Below, in pieces: positions 26,140 to 39,900 of a stretch of 64,000 nucleotides of DNA. The number at the start of each line of letters is the position of its first letter. The first letter of the stretch is position 1. The notes under the pieces were generated by a model that saw nothing but the letters and a program-made list of their open reading frames with translations, was not told where the DNA came from and searched no databases. The DNA lies in the NCBI GenBank assembly GCA_035221665.1, contig CM069158.1, forward strand, positions 33,418,001 through 33,482,000, read 5' to 3'. This DNA comes from Okamejei kenojei. Lineage: Eukaryota. The position numbers and the translations under genes are program-made.

Positions 26140-27622
26140 GCAATGTTACAAAATTTCGAGATTTTAAAAATCAACACTGCAATTTATCCCACCAGATAAA
26201 GCATAAAAAGAAGTTTAATTTGACACCTAATTCACATTCATATCTTCAGTATTAAAAACGTTATGGCCATTTTCATACTCGGAAATTAGTATCTTGTTCC
26301 CTATTGCTTTTCCATTGACTTAACACAAAAGCTGTGATCGAGGCCGGTCAAAAGCCCATAATTTTCTTAAAAATTAAGAGAACTGAAATACATCTTCAGT
26401 TATTATAGATTGAAGCATTCTGAAACAAATATGAAACAATCTTACTTGGATGACCTGAAATTAAAGCATATAATTAGTTAGTTACCTAATTGTAGCTAAT
26501 TACAAAATTCAATTACTAGATCTAAACATCTATCCATTCCTTAAGAAAAGATAAACATTTTTAAATAGCCTAGGTGTCCAAATAACATTCACACAAGAAT
26601 TCACAATATAACATGATTTTTAAATCTCATTGTCATGAATTTATAGGCAAATGGAAGGAATTTAGTGTTTAATTCCCGTAAATCAATGGCCATGTAAATC
26701 ATCTTGCGAGTGGGAATTTGTGGAATGCAATCGATTGGAACGTTGTGGTTTGCGGTGAATTTAAACCCCATATCGGCAGGAAAAACACTGTCGGTTCGTA
26801 TGGGGCCTAAATCACCTTTTCACAACGTAAAATTTGGATTTAGGTAATCCTAAGAAGCAAGTTTATATGTAAAATAAACAGCTCACCTTTATTTGTCCCG
26901 TACAGGAGATCCGTCCCATTGTCAGCGTTGACGCCGTTAGAAGTAGATTTTTATTTTACTCCAACGCTGAAATTGTCCCGCGTTTTAAAAAAAAATTCAC
27001 AGAACGGCAGTCGGAATGAATTTTCAGCATTAGCTAGCACAGCGGTAGAGTTGCTGCCTTGCAGTGCCAGAGACCCGGGTACGATCCTGACAACGGGTGC
27101 TGTCTATAGAGAGTTTGCCCGGTGACTGCATGGGTTTTCTCCTGGAGCTCTGGTTTTCTCTCACATTCCAAAGACATTGAGGTTTGTAGGTTGTCTGTCT
27201 CCTATAAATTGTCCCTAGTGTGTAGGATAGAACTCCTGTACAGGGTGATCCCTGGTCAGTGCGGACTCGGTGGGCCTATGGGGCTGTTTCCACTCTGTAT
27301 CTCTAAAGCCTAAAGTACAGATACAGCGTGGAAACAGGGCCTTTGGCCCACCTAATACACATTGACCAGCGTACATTTGCCAGGCTATGATGGGTTGGAT
27401 ACTACAAGATCAGGTCTTTAGCCCCTAACTATTTAGAAACTATATAGTCAGAATCGTACAGTGTGGAAACAGGCTCGTTGACCCATCTTGCTCACAACAG
27501 CCAACATGTCCCATCTACACTAGTCCCACCTGCCTGCACTTGGCCCATATCTCTCTAATTCTGTTGTGTCCATGTACCTGTCTAAATGTTTCTTAAACGT
27601 TGCGATAATACCTGCCTCAACT

Positions 27623-29630
27623 TCAATTCAATTCAATTCAATTCAACTTTAATGTCATTGCACAGATACAAGTATGCGTACAACGAAATGCAGTTTAGCG
27701 TCAGTTCATAGTAATAGCAATATAGAAATAAATACAGAATGCAGACAATGTGGACGGAGAGACTGGATAAATCTATCGGCGGGACTCCGAGTTCAGCAGT
27801 GTGATGGTGTTGTTGTAGAAGCTGTTCCTCATCTTATTAGTGCGGGACCTGAGGCTCCTGTACCGCCTCCCTGATGGTAGGAGGGCAAACAGTCCATGGT
27901 TAGGGTGGGAGGGGTTTTTGATGATCTTCATAGCCCGTCTCAGAACCGTTTTCGGTGGAGGGCATCCATGGCAGGGAGCGGGGCACCGATGATGTACTGG
28001 GCGGTTTTCACCACCCGTTGTAGTGCCTTCCTATCTGCTACGGTGCAACTGCTGTACCATACTGTAAAGCAGGTGGTCAGGATGCTTTCGATGGTACAGC
28101 GGTAAATGTTGGTCAGGACCTGGGGGGACAGGTGGGCTTTTTTGAGCCTCAGGAAGTAAAGGCGCTGCTGCGCCTTTTTGATCAGCTTGGAGGTGTTGAG
28201 GGACCATGACAGATCCTCCGAGATGTGTACCCCGAGGAATTTGTAGTTGGAGACCCGCTCCACCTCAGTCCCGTTTATATGGATGGGGGTGTGTCTGCCC
28301 CTGTTCTTTCTAAAGTCAACAATGATTTCCTTCGTCTTCTGGGAGTTGAGGACGAGGTTATTGTTGGCACACCAGGTTGTCAGGTGCTGGACCTCCTCCC
28401 TGTAGGCTGACTCGTCGTTGTCACTGATCATTCCTACCAGCGTGGTGTCGACGGCAAATTTTATGGTGGCGTTGGAGCCATACTCAGGGATGCAGTCATG
28501 GCTGAAGAGGGAGTAGAGGAGAGGGCTGAGCACACAGCCCTGTGGCACGTCGGTGTTCAGTGTTATAATGGAGGAGGTGAGGTTGTTAACCTAACAAACT
28601 GTGGTCTGTTAGTGAGGAAATCCAGTGTCCAATTGCAGAGGGAGGTGGAGATGCCAGGACCGCTGAGTTTGGTGATCAAGCTAGTGGGTATGACAGTATT
28701 AAAGGCGGAGCTGAAGTCAATGAACAGCAACCTGATGTAGGTGTTATTGCTGTCCAGGTGGGTCAGGGCAGAGGGTAGGGCCACCGATATGGCGTCCTCT
28801 GTACACCTGTTGGTCCGGTAGGCAAACTGATGGGGGTCCAGTGTGGGGGGGGAGGCTGGCTTTGAGGTGAGCCAAGATCAGCCGCTCAAAGCACTTGACA
28901 ATGACAGGGGTGAGTGCCACTGGCCGGAAGTCGTTGAGACTCACTGTCGCTGATTGTTTGGGCACTGGCACAATGGTAGATGTCTTGAGGCAAGTGGGGA
29001 CGACACCCTGGGCCAGTGACAGATTGAAAATGTCAGTGAGGACCAGGGATAGTTGTCCAGCACATGCCCTGAGCACCCGTCTGGGGATGCCATCGGGGCT
29101 GGCAGTTTTGTGCTCATTCACCTTGCTCAGTGCATCTTGTACAGCAGAGGTGGAGAGACTGAGGGGTTGTTCATTCGGGGGTGGAGCAACTTTGATGGCT
29201 GGGGTTTTGTTGTCCCGGTCAAAGCGAGCATAGAAATGGTTTAGCTCGTCAGGAAGGGAGACGTTGTCTGGGGGGGGGGGGGGGGGGGGTGTTGACTTTA
29301 TGGTAATCGGCAATGGATTTGATTCCTTGTCACATGCGCCTGGGGTCAGAGTTGTTTCGGAAATGCTCCTCGATCCGCCATTTGTGATTGAGTTTAGTAT
29401 TCCTAATTCCCTTTTTCAGATTGGCCCTGGATGAGCTGTATCCCTCAGCGTCGCCAGATTTTAAAGCGGCGTCGTGAGCCTTCAGCAGGAGTCTGACCTC
29501 CCTGCTCATCCACGGCTTCTGGTTAGGGAAGGTCTTTATCTCTTTGTGGGTAGTGACGTTGTCAGTGCAGAATGTTATATAGTCCAGAACGGTTGAGGTG
29601 TATGAGTTGATGTCCACTTGGGAGTAAAAT
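27623..29630 (-). mobile_element. Rex1/Babar-type non-LTR retrotransposon, 5'-truncated, nested in a CR1
   Basis: Frameshifted RT pieces: [46 protein letters not shown]. (TTGAA)n tail at about 27623-27646. Confidence 0.9.
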
Positions 29631-29632
29631 GT

Positions 29633-30185
29633 GCTTCCTCTGGCAGCACATTTTACATACCCACCACCCTTTATGTGAAAAAGTTACCCCTCAGGTTCCT
29701 TTTAAATGTTGCCCCATCACCTTAAACCTATGTCTTCTGGTTCTCGATTCCCCTACTCTGGGCAAGAGGCTCTGCATCTACCTGATCTATTCCTCTCATC
29801 ATCTTGTACATCTCTATAAGATCACTCCTCATCCTCCTGTGCTCCAAGGAATAGTATTAGCCATTCTAACCTCTTCCTAATGCTCAGGCCCTCGAGTTCT
29901 GGTAACATCCTCGTAAATCATATCTGCACCCTTTCCAGCATTGACAACATCTTTGTTAGAACATGGTGCCCAAAGCTGAACACAATGCTCTAACTGTAGC
30001 CTCACCAACATCTTATACAACTGCAACTACAACATGATCTTTCAACTTCTATACTCAATACTCTGACTGATGAAGGCCAATGTGCCAAATGCCTTTTGAC
30101 CACCCCATCTACTCGTGACGCCATCTTAAAGGAACTATGCACCTGGACTCCAAGATCCCTCTGCTCCACAACATTTCCCTACAAC
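29633..30185 (-). mobile_element. CR1-type LINE fragment whose 3' end lies at about 27450-27622
   Basis: CR1 sequence cctgcctcaac|...|cttcctctggcagc resumes across the Rex1 insertion. Confidence 0.8.
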
Positions 30186-30499
30186 TGTGTACCTGTACTC
30201 CTAGCTAGTACATTTGTGGATAAATAATCAGAAATGTAGAATAAAAATTGGGCATGAGAACAAAATATATTTGTTAAGAGATAAACTAAATTTGTAGTTG
30301 TAAGGATTTAGCAGTTTTCACTTTGTTGCAGAGATCAGCGTGTATTTGCAATTGAAGTTATGTACAAATTTAATTGGGCAACTCAACTTTAAAAAAGAGC
30401 TAAAAAAATAATGGTATTGAAGAAAACAAACCTAATCCGTGTACAATGAAGGAGCGTTTAGTAACAGTTTAAATGGAATTTATTTTAATGTTGAATGCA

Positions 30500-30915
30500 G
30501 GCAGCTCCCTGGTGGTGGTGGTGCATGCGCAGTGGTGGGCGGGCTGAGGAGGCCTCTCCTCGGATAGAGAGTCGGCGGCGGGCGGAGAGACGGCGGCTGA
30601 GCAGAGGGGCGGGCGGGCGGGCGGACTGACTGACTGACTGACTCCCGCCGGGCAGAGAGTCGGCGGCCGATGCGGACAGGCTGAGGTGCCTCCCCTTCGG
30701 GCAGGGAATCGGCGGCAGTGCCGGGCTGAGGCCGAGAGTCGGCATCAAACATGGACGTGGCCTACGTCTGTGAATGGGACAAACAACCCAAGAGCAATTA
30801 CTGCCCCTCCGTGTCACTCGTGTGTGCCTGGTCCTGCAGGAACCTAGTTGCCTTCACCACCGATCTGAAGAACGAGGAGGAACAAGGTGGGTACTGGGCC
30901 TGAGACCGCCGGCTG
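30500..30915 (+). promoter_or_regulatory. CpG-island promoter/first exon region of MED16
   Basis: CpG-rich; NRF1-like GCATGCGCA at about 30523-30531, GC boxes at about 30606-30624, (GACT)n, recurring AGAGTCGGCGGC-like motif. Confidence 0.75.
30751..30886 (+). CDS. MED16: MED16 coding exon 1
   Basis: [45 protein letters not shown]|gtggg. Confidence 0.93.
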
Positions 30916-33900
30916 ACAGTGTTTCCAGCACTTTGTGTCTCTCTTTGTAACGCAGCACCTGCAGTTGCTTGTTTCTAGTGTGTGCATGGTGTAGTGATGA
31001 AGTTTCACATTCCGGTCTACTACGTCAAGTGTTGTCCCGAAACGGAACATTTAAATTCTTACTTGAAGCAGCACAACAGATGTGTAAACACACGAACTGT
31101 GTAAGCACAATAATAGTTCATGTTGTAGGATCAGAATTAGGCCATTCGGCCCATTAAGTCTACTCCGTCATTCAATCATGGCAGATCTATCTTTCCCTCT
31201 CAACCCCATTCTCCTGCCTTCTCCCCATAACCACTGATATCTTTACTAATCAAGAATCTATCAATCACCAGCAAACAGGAAAAAAAATCAATACACATAT
31301 GTTAATCGTGCATAGACAAATGCAATGTCCCCAAATCTATATAGTTCAGAGCCTATTGGCGATTGTAGTGTTTAATTGTAGTGATTGTTGGGAAGTAGCT
31401 GCTCCTGAACCTGGATGTTATAGTTTTCGGGCACCTATACCTTCTTCCCGATGGCAAGAATGAAATCAGAGGGTGGTGTGAGATGATGCTGGCTGACTTC
31501 TTGAGGCAGAACACGTTTGCAAATAAATGTTTGATAATAATTGAGTAATACTACAGCAATGTAATAAATAGCACCTTTCATTGAGAAGGAGGACTGCAGA
31601 TTCAAATTCTGCTTCTAAGGACCCGTCAAAATTAGGTTAGTGCTCAATAGTGCCACTGAAGAAGATATTTTTTTTCCAGATAAGATAGATGATTACGCTC
31701 TCTGAGATGTGATGAATTTCTTTGTAGATTAGAAACATAGAAAATAGGTGCAGGAGGAGGCCATTTGGCCCTTTGAGCCAGCACCGCCATTCATTGTGAT
31801 CATGGCTGATCGTCTGCTATCAATAACCCGTGCCTGCCTTCTCCCCATATCCCTTGACTCCACTAGCCCCTAGAACTCTATCCAACTCTCTTAAATCCAT
31901 CCAGTGATTTGGCCTCCACTGCCCTCTGGCAGGGAATTCCATGAATTCACAACTCTCTGGGTGAAAAAGTTTTTTCTCACCTCAGTCTTGAATGACCTCC
32001 CCTTTATTCTAAGACTGTGGCCCCTGGTTCTGGACTCGCCCAACATTGGGAACAATTTTCCTGCATCTAGCTTGTCCAGTCCTTTTTAATTTTATATGTT
32101 TCTATAAGATCCCCGCTCATCCTTTTAAACTCCAGTGAATACAAGCCTAGTCTTTTCAATCTTTGCTCATATGACAGTCCCGCCATCCCAGGGATCAATC
32201 TTGCGAACCTACCTCAATCACAAGGATGTCCTTCCTCAAATTAGGAGACCAAAACTGTACACAATACTCCAGATGTGGTCTCACCAGAGCCTTAAACAAC
32301 TGCAGAAGAACCTCTTTACTCCTGTACTGAAATCCTGTTGTTATGAAGGCCAACATTCCATTAGCTTTCTTCACTGCCTGCTGAACCTGCACGCCAACTT
32401 TCAGTGACCAGTGAACAAGGACACCCAGGTCTCGCTGTACCTCCCCCTTACCTGACCTAACCCCATTGAGATAATAATCTGCCTCCTTGTTTTTGCCGCC
32501 AAAGTGGATAACCTCACATTTATCTATATTATACTGCATCTGCCACGCATCTGCCCACTCACTCAACCTGTCCAGGTCATCCTGCAACCTCCTAACATCC
32601 TCTTAACAGTTCAAACTGCCACCCAGCTTTGTGTCATCCGCAAACTTGCTAGTGTTGCTCCTAATTCCCTCTTCCAAATCATTAATATATATGGTAAACA
32701 GTTACGGCCCCAACACCAAGCCTTACGGCACTCCACTCGCCACTGCCTGCCATTCTGAAAAGGACCCGTTCACTCCTACTCTTTGCTTCCAGACTGCCAA
32801 CCAATTTTCTATCCATGTCAACACCCTACCCCCCAATACCATGTGCTCTGACTTTAGTCACCAGATATTTGGACAGATTTAGAATTGGGGACAGAGAAGA
32901 TGGCCAAATGCTTTAGAACATAGAACAATACAGCACAGGAACAGGCCTTTTGGCCCACAATGTCTATGCAGATCATGATGTGGATACGTTTTTCCCATTG
33001 AGGGTAGGGAAGATTCAAACAAGAGGGCATGACATGAGAATTAAGGGACAGAGGTTTCGGGGTAACGTGAGGGGGATCTTCTTTACTCAGAGGGTGGTGG
33101 CTGTGTGGAATCAGCTTCCAGCAGAAGTGGTGGAGGCAGGATCGATTTTAACATTTAAGAGTAAAGTGGATAGGTATATGGACGTGAAGGGAATGGAGGG
33201 GTATGGTCTGAGTGCAGGTAGATGGGACTAGGGGAACACAAATGGTCGGCACGGACTGGAAGGGCCGAGAGGGCCTGTTTCCGTGCTGTAATTGTTATAT
33301 GGTTATATGCTGGGTTAAATTAATCTCCGCTGCCTTCATGTGATCCATAGTATTGCAAATGTATCTAAAAGTCTCTAATGCCACTATTGTATATTCCTCC
33401 ATCATCATCCCTGGCAGCGAGATCCAGACACCCACCACTCTTTTAAAAAAAAATGTACCCACAAGTCTCCTTTAACATTCCTCCTCTTACCTTAAGGCTA
33501 CTCCAACTAGTATTTGACATTTCCACCATAGGGGAAAAAGGCTCTGATAGTCTACCCTATCTTTGACACTAATCATTTTATATATTTCTATCACATCTGC
33601 CCTCAGCCTCTGTCGCTTTGGGCTTCCAATATGTGGTTTGCGATTTTTAATGTTCTCTTCTGCTATTTTGTTGAAATTGTTATCAAACATTGGTTAACCA
33701 AAATGAAATTATGTGTAGTATTAATATTAAAGTAATAGATTAATAAGTTAAAAAACTTAATATCAACTGAAGAGAAACCACTAACTGAATATATTAAATG
33801 GCATTTGGAGGCGGTACAGGAGCCTCAGGTCCCACACTAGTAGGATGAGGAACAGCTTCTATACCACACCATCACACTGCTGAACTCGCAGTCCCGCTGA

Positions 33901-36900
33901 TAGATTTCTCCAGTCTCTCCGTCCACATTGTCAGCATTCTGTATCTATTTATATATTGCTATTACTACGAACTGATGCTAAACTGCATTTTGTTGTACCC
34001 ATACTTGTATCTGTGCAATGACATTAAAGTTGAATTGAATTGAATTGGATTGAATTGAATTGTTGCGGGTGACAGGCTAGGTGATGTGCTGTCAGCTGTG
34101 GGAGTTTGGAATTACTCTCTTCTTTTGATACTTGTTAAGAGGGAGTCATGTTCTGTTGTGCTGAAGCAAAGAAATAATTTCATTGTCCTGTCAGGGATAC
34201 ATGACAATAAACTCTTTTGACTTTGAAGTCCTTACACAGTGAAACTTTTAAAGTTTTCCAGCATCTGCAATTTTTTCCCTTCCTAAATTAAGTCTATTTG
34301 TTCCTACTTAAAATACCTTGTATCTGCTGTTTGATGTGTTGTCTCTTCACACAGGTTATTTTTAAATAAAGGCTGAGTAAATTAAATGATTTAGAGTGTG
34401 ATCTAAGCAATATTCTCTAAAATTCTTAGGTACGGCTAAGCAACATTCTCTAAAATCTTGTTGTTTTTTGTTTACAGATCTTACTTATATGATTCACATT
34501 TTGGACACTGATCATCCTTGGGATGTTTATTCCATCAACTCTGGACACCATGAAGTTATTGCTTCTCTTGAATGGGACCAATCTGGTAAATGTTTGCTTG
34601 TACAGTGCCCTCCATAACGTTAGGGACAAAGACCTATCATCATTTATTTATTTGCCTCTGTACTCCGCAATTTGAGATTTGTAATATTAAAAAAATCAAA
34701 TGTGGTTAAAGTGCGCATTATCACATTTTAATAAAGAGTATTATTTATACATTTTGGTTTCACCATGTAGAAATACATAGTCCCCCCCCATTTCAGGGCA
34801 CCATAATGTTTGGGAAACAGCAATGTCATGTAAATGAAAGTAGTTATTGTTAGTGTTTTCTCTGCCTCAGAGGGCGGTGGAGGCAGGTTCTCTGGATGCT
34901 TTCAAGAGAGAGCTAGATAGGGCTCTTAAAAATAGCAGAGTCAGGGGATATGGGGAGAAGGCAGGAACGGGGTACTGATTGGGGATGATCAGCCATGATT
35001 ACATTGAATGGCGGTGCTGGCTCGAAGGGCCAAATGGCCTACTCCTGCACCTATTGTCTATTGTCTTCTGCGGACAGTGGTGATTGACAAATCCACTCCT
35101 GATTCCTGAAGAGTGTTTCTGAATTGTCAGACTGTGTTGGGGATTTTTCTTTATTATAGAGAATACTTCTTTCATCAGCTGTGGAGGTCTTCCTTGGCTT
35201 GCCAGTCCCTTTGTGATTAGTAAACTCACCAGTGTTCTTTTTCTTCTAAATGATGTGCCAAACAGTTCATTTTGGTAAGCCTAAGGTTTGGCTGATGCCT
35301 CTAACCGCTTTATTCTTGGTTCTCAGTCTCATAATGGCTTCTTTGACTTTCATTGGCACAACGTTTGGTCCTCATTGATAAACACCAATAAAAATTTCCA
35401 AAGGTGATAGAAAGACTGGAGGAAAGACTAGGTGCTGAGAACTCTCTTATACCTGCACTAAGGCGGCATTTAAACACACCTGAGCAATTACAAACACCTG
35501 TGAAGCCATGTGTCTCAAATATTATGGTGCCCTGAAATGGGGGGACTATGTATAAACACAGCTGTAATTTCTACATAGTGAAACCAAAATGTATAAAAAT
35601 CGCCTTTAATAAAACTGACAATGTGCACTTTAACCACGTGTGATTTTTTTTTCTATTACATATCTCAAATTGTGGAGTACAGAGGCAAATAAATAAACGA
35701 TGGGTCTTTGTCCCAAACATAATGGAGGGCACTGTATGTGCGAGTGTCGGATGAGAATTAAAAAAACATCAAGGGAAGTCTCCTCAGGTGCCACAAAAAT
35801 AATAAATAAAGGCACAGGACAACACACAGATTTAAAAAAATGTATTAATTGGCTACCTTCCCTGGAGATTACGTGACCCATGGTCACTGAAGGCCTCGAG
35901 CAGAATAAATTAATCATTAAATGGTATTAATGATATTTGCAGCATGACAGACTATTATTAGCTCTCATTCATTTCTAAGTGCGCTGGAAGATGAAACTCT
36001 TCAGCAGTTTAGAAAATCAAAATATGAATGAGGTTTTTCTGTGACTTGTTATGTGGTGAAGATTTAAAGCACTTTATGAAGTGCGTGTGTGCTTTTGCTT
36101 TGCAGTGCAGAGGTGAAATATGTTTTTGTACATATAAATTCTCACCTAGTATGAATAAAGCATAAATTGTGTGCATATATTTCCCGTGGATAACAAATCG
36201 ATTTTTGACAGATTTATGTTTTGGAATGAAAGTAAAAACAATCCATTAATTAGGAGTCCCGTTTCCCCCCCCCCCCCTAAATTACTGGGTTCTAAAGTGT
36301 ATAATTTATGTGATATACAGTGGCTTGCAAAAGTATTCATACCCCTTGAACTTTTCCACATTTTGTCACGTTACAACCACAAACGTAAATGTATTTTATT
36401 AGGATTTTTTGTGATAGACCAACACAAAGTGGTGCATAATTGTGAAGTGGAAGGAAAATGATACATGGTTTTCAAATCTTTTTACAAATAAAAAACTGAA
36501 AAGTGTGGCGTGCAAAAGTATTCAAGCCCCTTTACTCTAATACCCCTAAATAAAATCCAGTGCAACCAATTGCCTTCATAAGTCACCTAATTAATAAATA
36601 GAGTCCACTTGTGTGTAATCTAATCGCAGTATAAATACAGCTGTTCTGCGAAGGCCTCAGAGATTTGTTAGAGAACATTAGTGAACAAACAATGTTCCTT
36701 GGGCATCATGAAGCCCAAGGAACACACCAGACAGGTCAGGGAGAAAGTTGTGGAGAAGTTTAAAGCAGGGTTAGGTTATAAAAAAATATCCCAAGCTTTG
36801 AACATCTCACGGAGCACTGATCAATCCATCATCCGAAAATGGAAAGAGTATGGCCCAACTGCAAACCTACCAAGACAAGGCCGTCCACCTAAACTGACAG

Positions 36901-39900
36901 GCCGGGCAAGGAGAGCATTGATCAGAGAAGCAGCCAAGAGGCCCATGGTAACTCTGGAGGCGCTGCAGTGATCCACAGCTCAGGTGGGAGATTCTGTCCA
37001 CAGGACAACTATTAGTCGTGCACTCCACAAATCGGGCCTTTATGGAAGAGTGGCAAGAAGAAAGCCATTGTTGAAACAAAGCCATAAGAAGTCCCATTTG
37101 CAGTTTGCCACAAGCCATGTGGGGGACACAGCAAACATGTGGAGGAAGGTGCTCTGGTCTGATGAGACCAAAATTGAAGTTTTTGGCCTAAATGCAAAAC
37201 GTTATGTGTGGAGGAAAACTAACACTGCACATCACCCTGAACACACCATCCCCACTGTGAAACATGGTAGTGGCAGCATCATGCTGTGGGGATGCTTTTC
37301 TTCAGCAGGGACAGGGAAGCTGGTCAGAGTTGATGGGAAGATGGATGGAGCAATCTTGGAAGAAAACCTGTTAGAGTCTGCAAAAGACTTGAGACGGGGC
37401 GGAGGTTCACCTTCCAGCAGGACAACGACCCTAAACATACAGCCAGAGCTACAATGGAATGGTTTAGATCAAAGCATATTCATGTGTTAGAATGGCCCAG
37501 TCAAAGTCCAGACCTAAATCCAATTGAGAATCTCTGGCAAGACTTAAAAATTGCTGTTCACAGGCGCTCTCCATCCAATCCGACTGAGCTTGAGCTATTT
37601 TGCAAAGAAGAATGGGCAAAAATTTCAGTCTCTAGATGTGCAAAGCTGGTAGAGACATACCCCAAAAGACTTGCAGCTGTAATTGCAGCGAAAGGTGGTT
37701 CTACAAAGTATTGACTCAGGCGGGCTGAATACTTTTGCACGCCACACTTTTCAGTTTTTTATTTGTAATAAAATTTGGAAACCATGTATCATTTTCCTTC
37801 CACTTCACAATTATGCACCACTTTGTGTTGGTCTATCACATAAAATCCCAATAGAATACATTTACATTTGTGGTTGTAACGTGACAAAATGTGGAAAAGT
37901 TCAAGGGGTATGAATACTTTTGCAAGCCACTGTATCTCCAAAATGAATATTTATTCCATCTGTTTTGTGTTTGTAAGGTTCCCGGCTGTTGTCGGCAGAT
38001 GCTGATGGCCAGGTGAAATGTTGGAGCATGACTGATCACCTTGTAAATAGCTGGGACAGCATAGTTGGGAGCTCAGTGGATGGAGATCCTATTGTAGCCT
38101 TGTCGTGGCTGCACAATGGTGTCAAGTTGGCCTTGCACGTGGAAAAGGTTTGTGCTGTAATCTAAAACTTAAGTAATGTTCCAATTATCTGTCAATAACT
38201 AAATATGTTAATAGCTAACTCTAACACCTTTGTCCCTCACAGTACTGTAGAAGTCTGTGGTGCTATGAGATACATTTAATCAAAGTCAGATCAAATCTGT
38301 ATGCTCAGTTTTTTTTGTTTTCAATTGTGTGCAGTGATTCAGATTGATTTCATCCTCATTTCCTTTATTGGGTATTGTTCAGTGAAGGTCTAGAAAACTG
38401 ATTAGTGACAAAATGGCATATTATAGTTTTGTTTACATCCATGTTATGTGGTTATATTTAACTTTTCAGACTGGTTTCCTATAAATTATGATGCAATTTC
38501 AAACTTGCCTGTGTCTCAACCGCTGGACAAAATTCATGTGGCAGCACAGTGACATGGCTGGCTGAGCTGCTGCCTCGCAGTTCCAGAGATTTGAGTTCAG
38601 TCCTGACCTCTGGTGCTACCTGTGTGGAGTATGCACGTTATGTATGTGCCTGTGTGAGTTTCACCCAGATACCCTGCTTTCCTGCCACATCCTAAAGTTG
38701 AGAGTTAGTTGGCCACTAAATTGCCCCTACAATGTAAGCAAATTGTTGCATCTGGGAGAACTGATGGAAATGTGGAGTGAATATAATGGGTTAGGAAGGA
38801 TTAATGGTAAAATGGGTGTTTGATGATTGGCGTGGACTTAGTAGATCGAAGAGCCTGTTTGTGTGCTCTGTCTTTAAATCTAAATCCTAAAATTCAAAGT
38901 TATTCCCCGTTCTGGAAGTAAACAGATTTGAAATAAATGTAAACAAAAATGCAGGTACAATGCTTGCCTTTTACTTCAATCTTGGTGTAACTATCAATGA
39001 TTCATTCCAAACTATTAACTTTAGTGGTTGCTTGAATTTATAGCCATGAAACCAGTTGAAAATGCTGATGGTGTGCCCTCGATAGAACAAGCTCATTGGA
39101 CCTCATTGGCATCCGATTGTACTTCTATTTCTGTGTTGCTTTATATTTTGTTGCGAGAATATTTTTTGCCAGTGGTTTGATAGCTTTAAGGATGACGTGC
39201 TTTCCTGTTTTCTTTCCCCTGCCTATCAGTCTGGAGCATCCAATTTTGGTGAGAAATTTTCCCGGGTGAAGTTCTCCCCGTCGTTGACGCTGTTTGGAGG
39301 GAAGCCCATGGAAGGCTGGATTGCAGTGACCATCAGTGGTCTTGTGACTGTGTCGTTATTGAAGCCCAACGGACAGGTTCTCACTGCCACAGAAAGTTTA
39401 TCACGGTTGAGGAGCAGAGTTGCCCTGGCAGACATTGCATTCACTGGAGGAGGAAATATTGTGGTGACCACGTCAGATGGCAGCAGCTCGTCACCTGTTC
39501 AGTTTTATAAGGTCTGTGTGAGCGTTGTTAATGAGAAGTGCAAAATTGATACGGAGCTTCTGCCATCACTCTTCATGCGCTGTACAACGGACACTGCTCG
39601 GAAGGAGAAATACCCAGCCGTCACTCACCTGAAGTTTTTAACAAGAGAAACCTCGGAGCAGGTAGGGGATCAAAATTGTTGAATTTCTCTTTTCACTGCT
39701 CCTGTGCCATTTCTTAAATGTGCCTCTAGTGTCAAATGTTTGAACACAGTTTCTTTATGAAGTCAGGTGATGTTTCAAGTCAGAATCTTTCTCTAGACCT
39801 GAAACGTCACCCATCCTTTTTCTCCAGAGATGCTGCCTGACCTGTTGAGTTACTCCAACACTTTTGGTCTATCCTCGGTATAAACTAGCATTTGCAGTTC

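Noticed and set aside
25677-26255. 192-aa plus-strand ORF antisense to ISCA1 exon 1, and similar ORFs at 30480-30817
   Set aside because: Low-complexity reads through CpG islands and repeats; no domain signal.
29631-29660. GTGCTTCCTCTGGCAGCACAT resembles the U6 snRNA 5' end (human has a U6 gene beside MED16)
   Set aside because: Similarity stops after about 20 nt and the sequence continues as CR1; it is the Rex1/CR1 junction.
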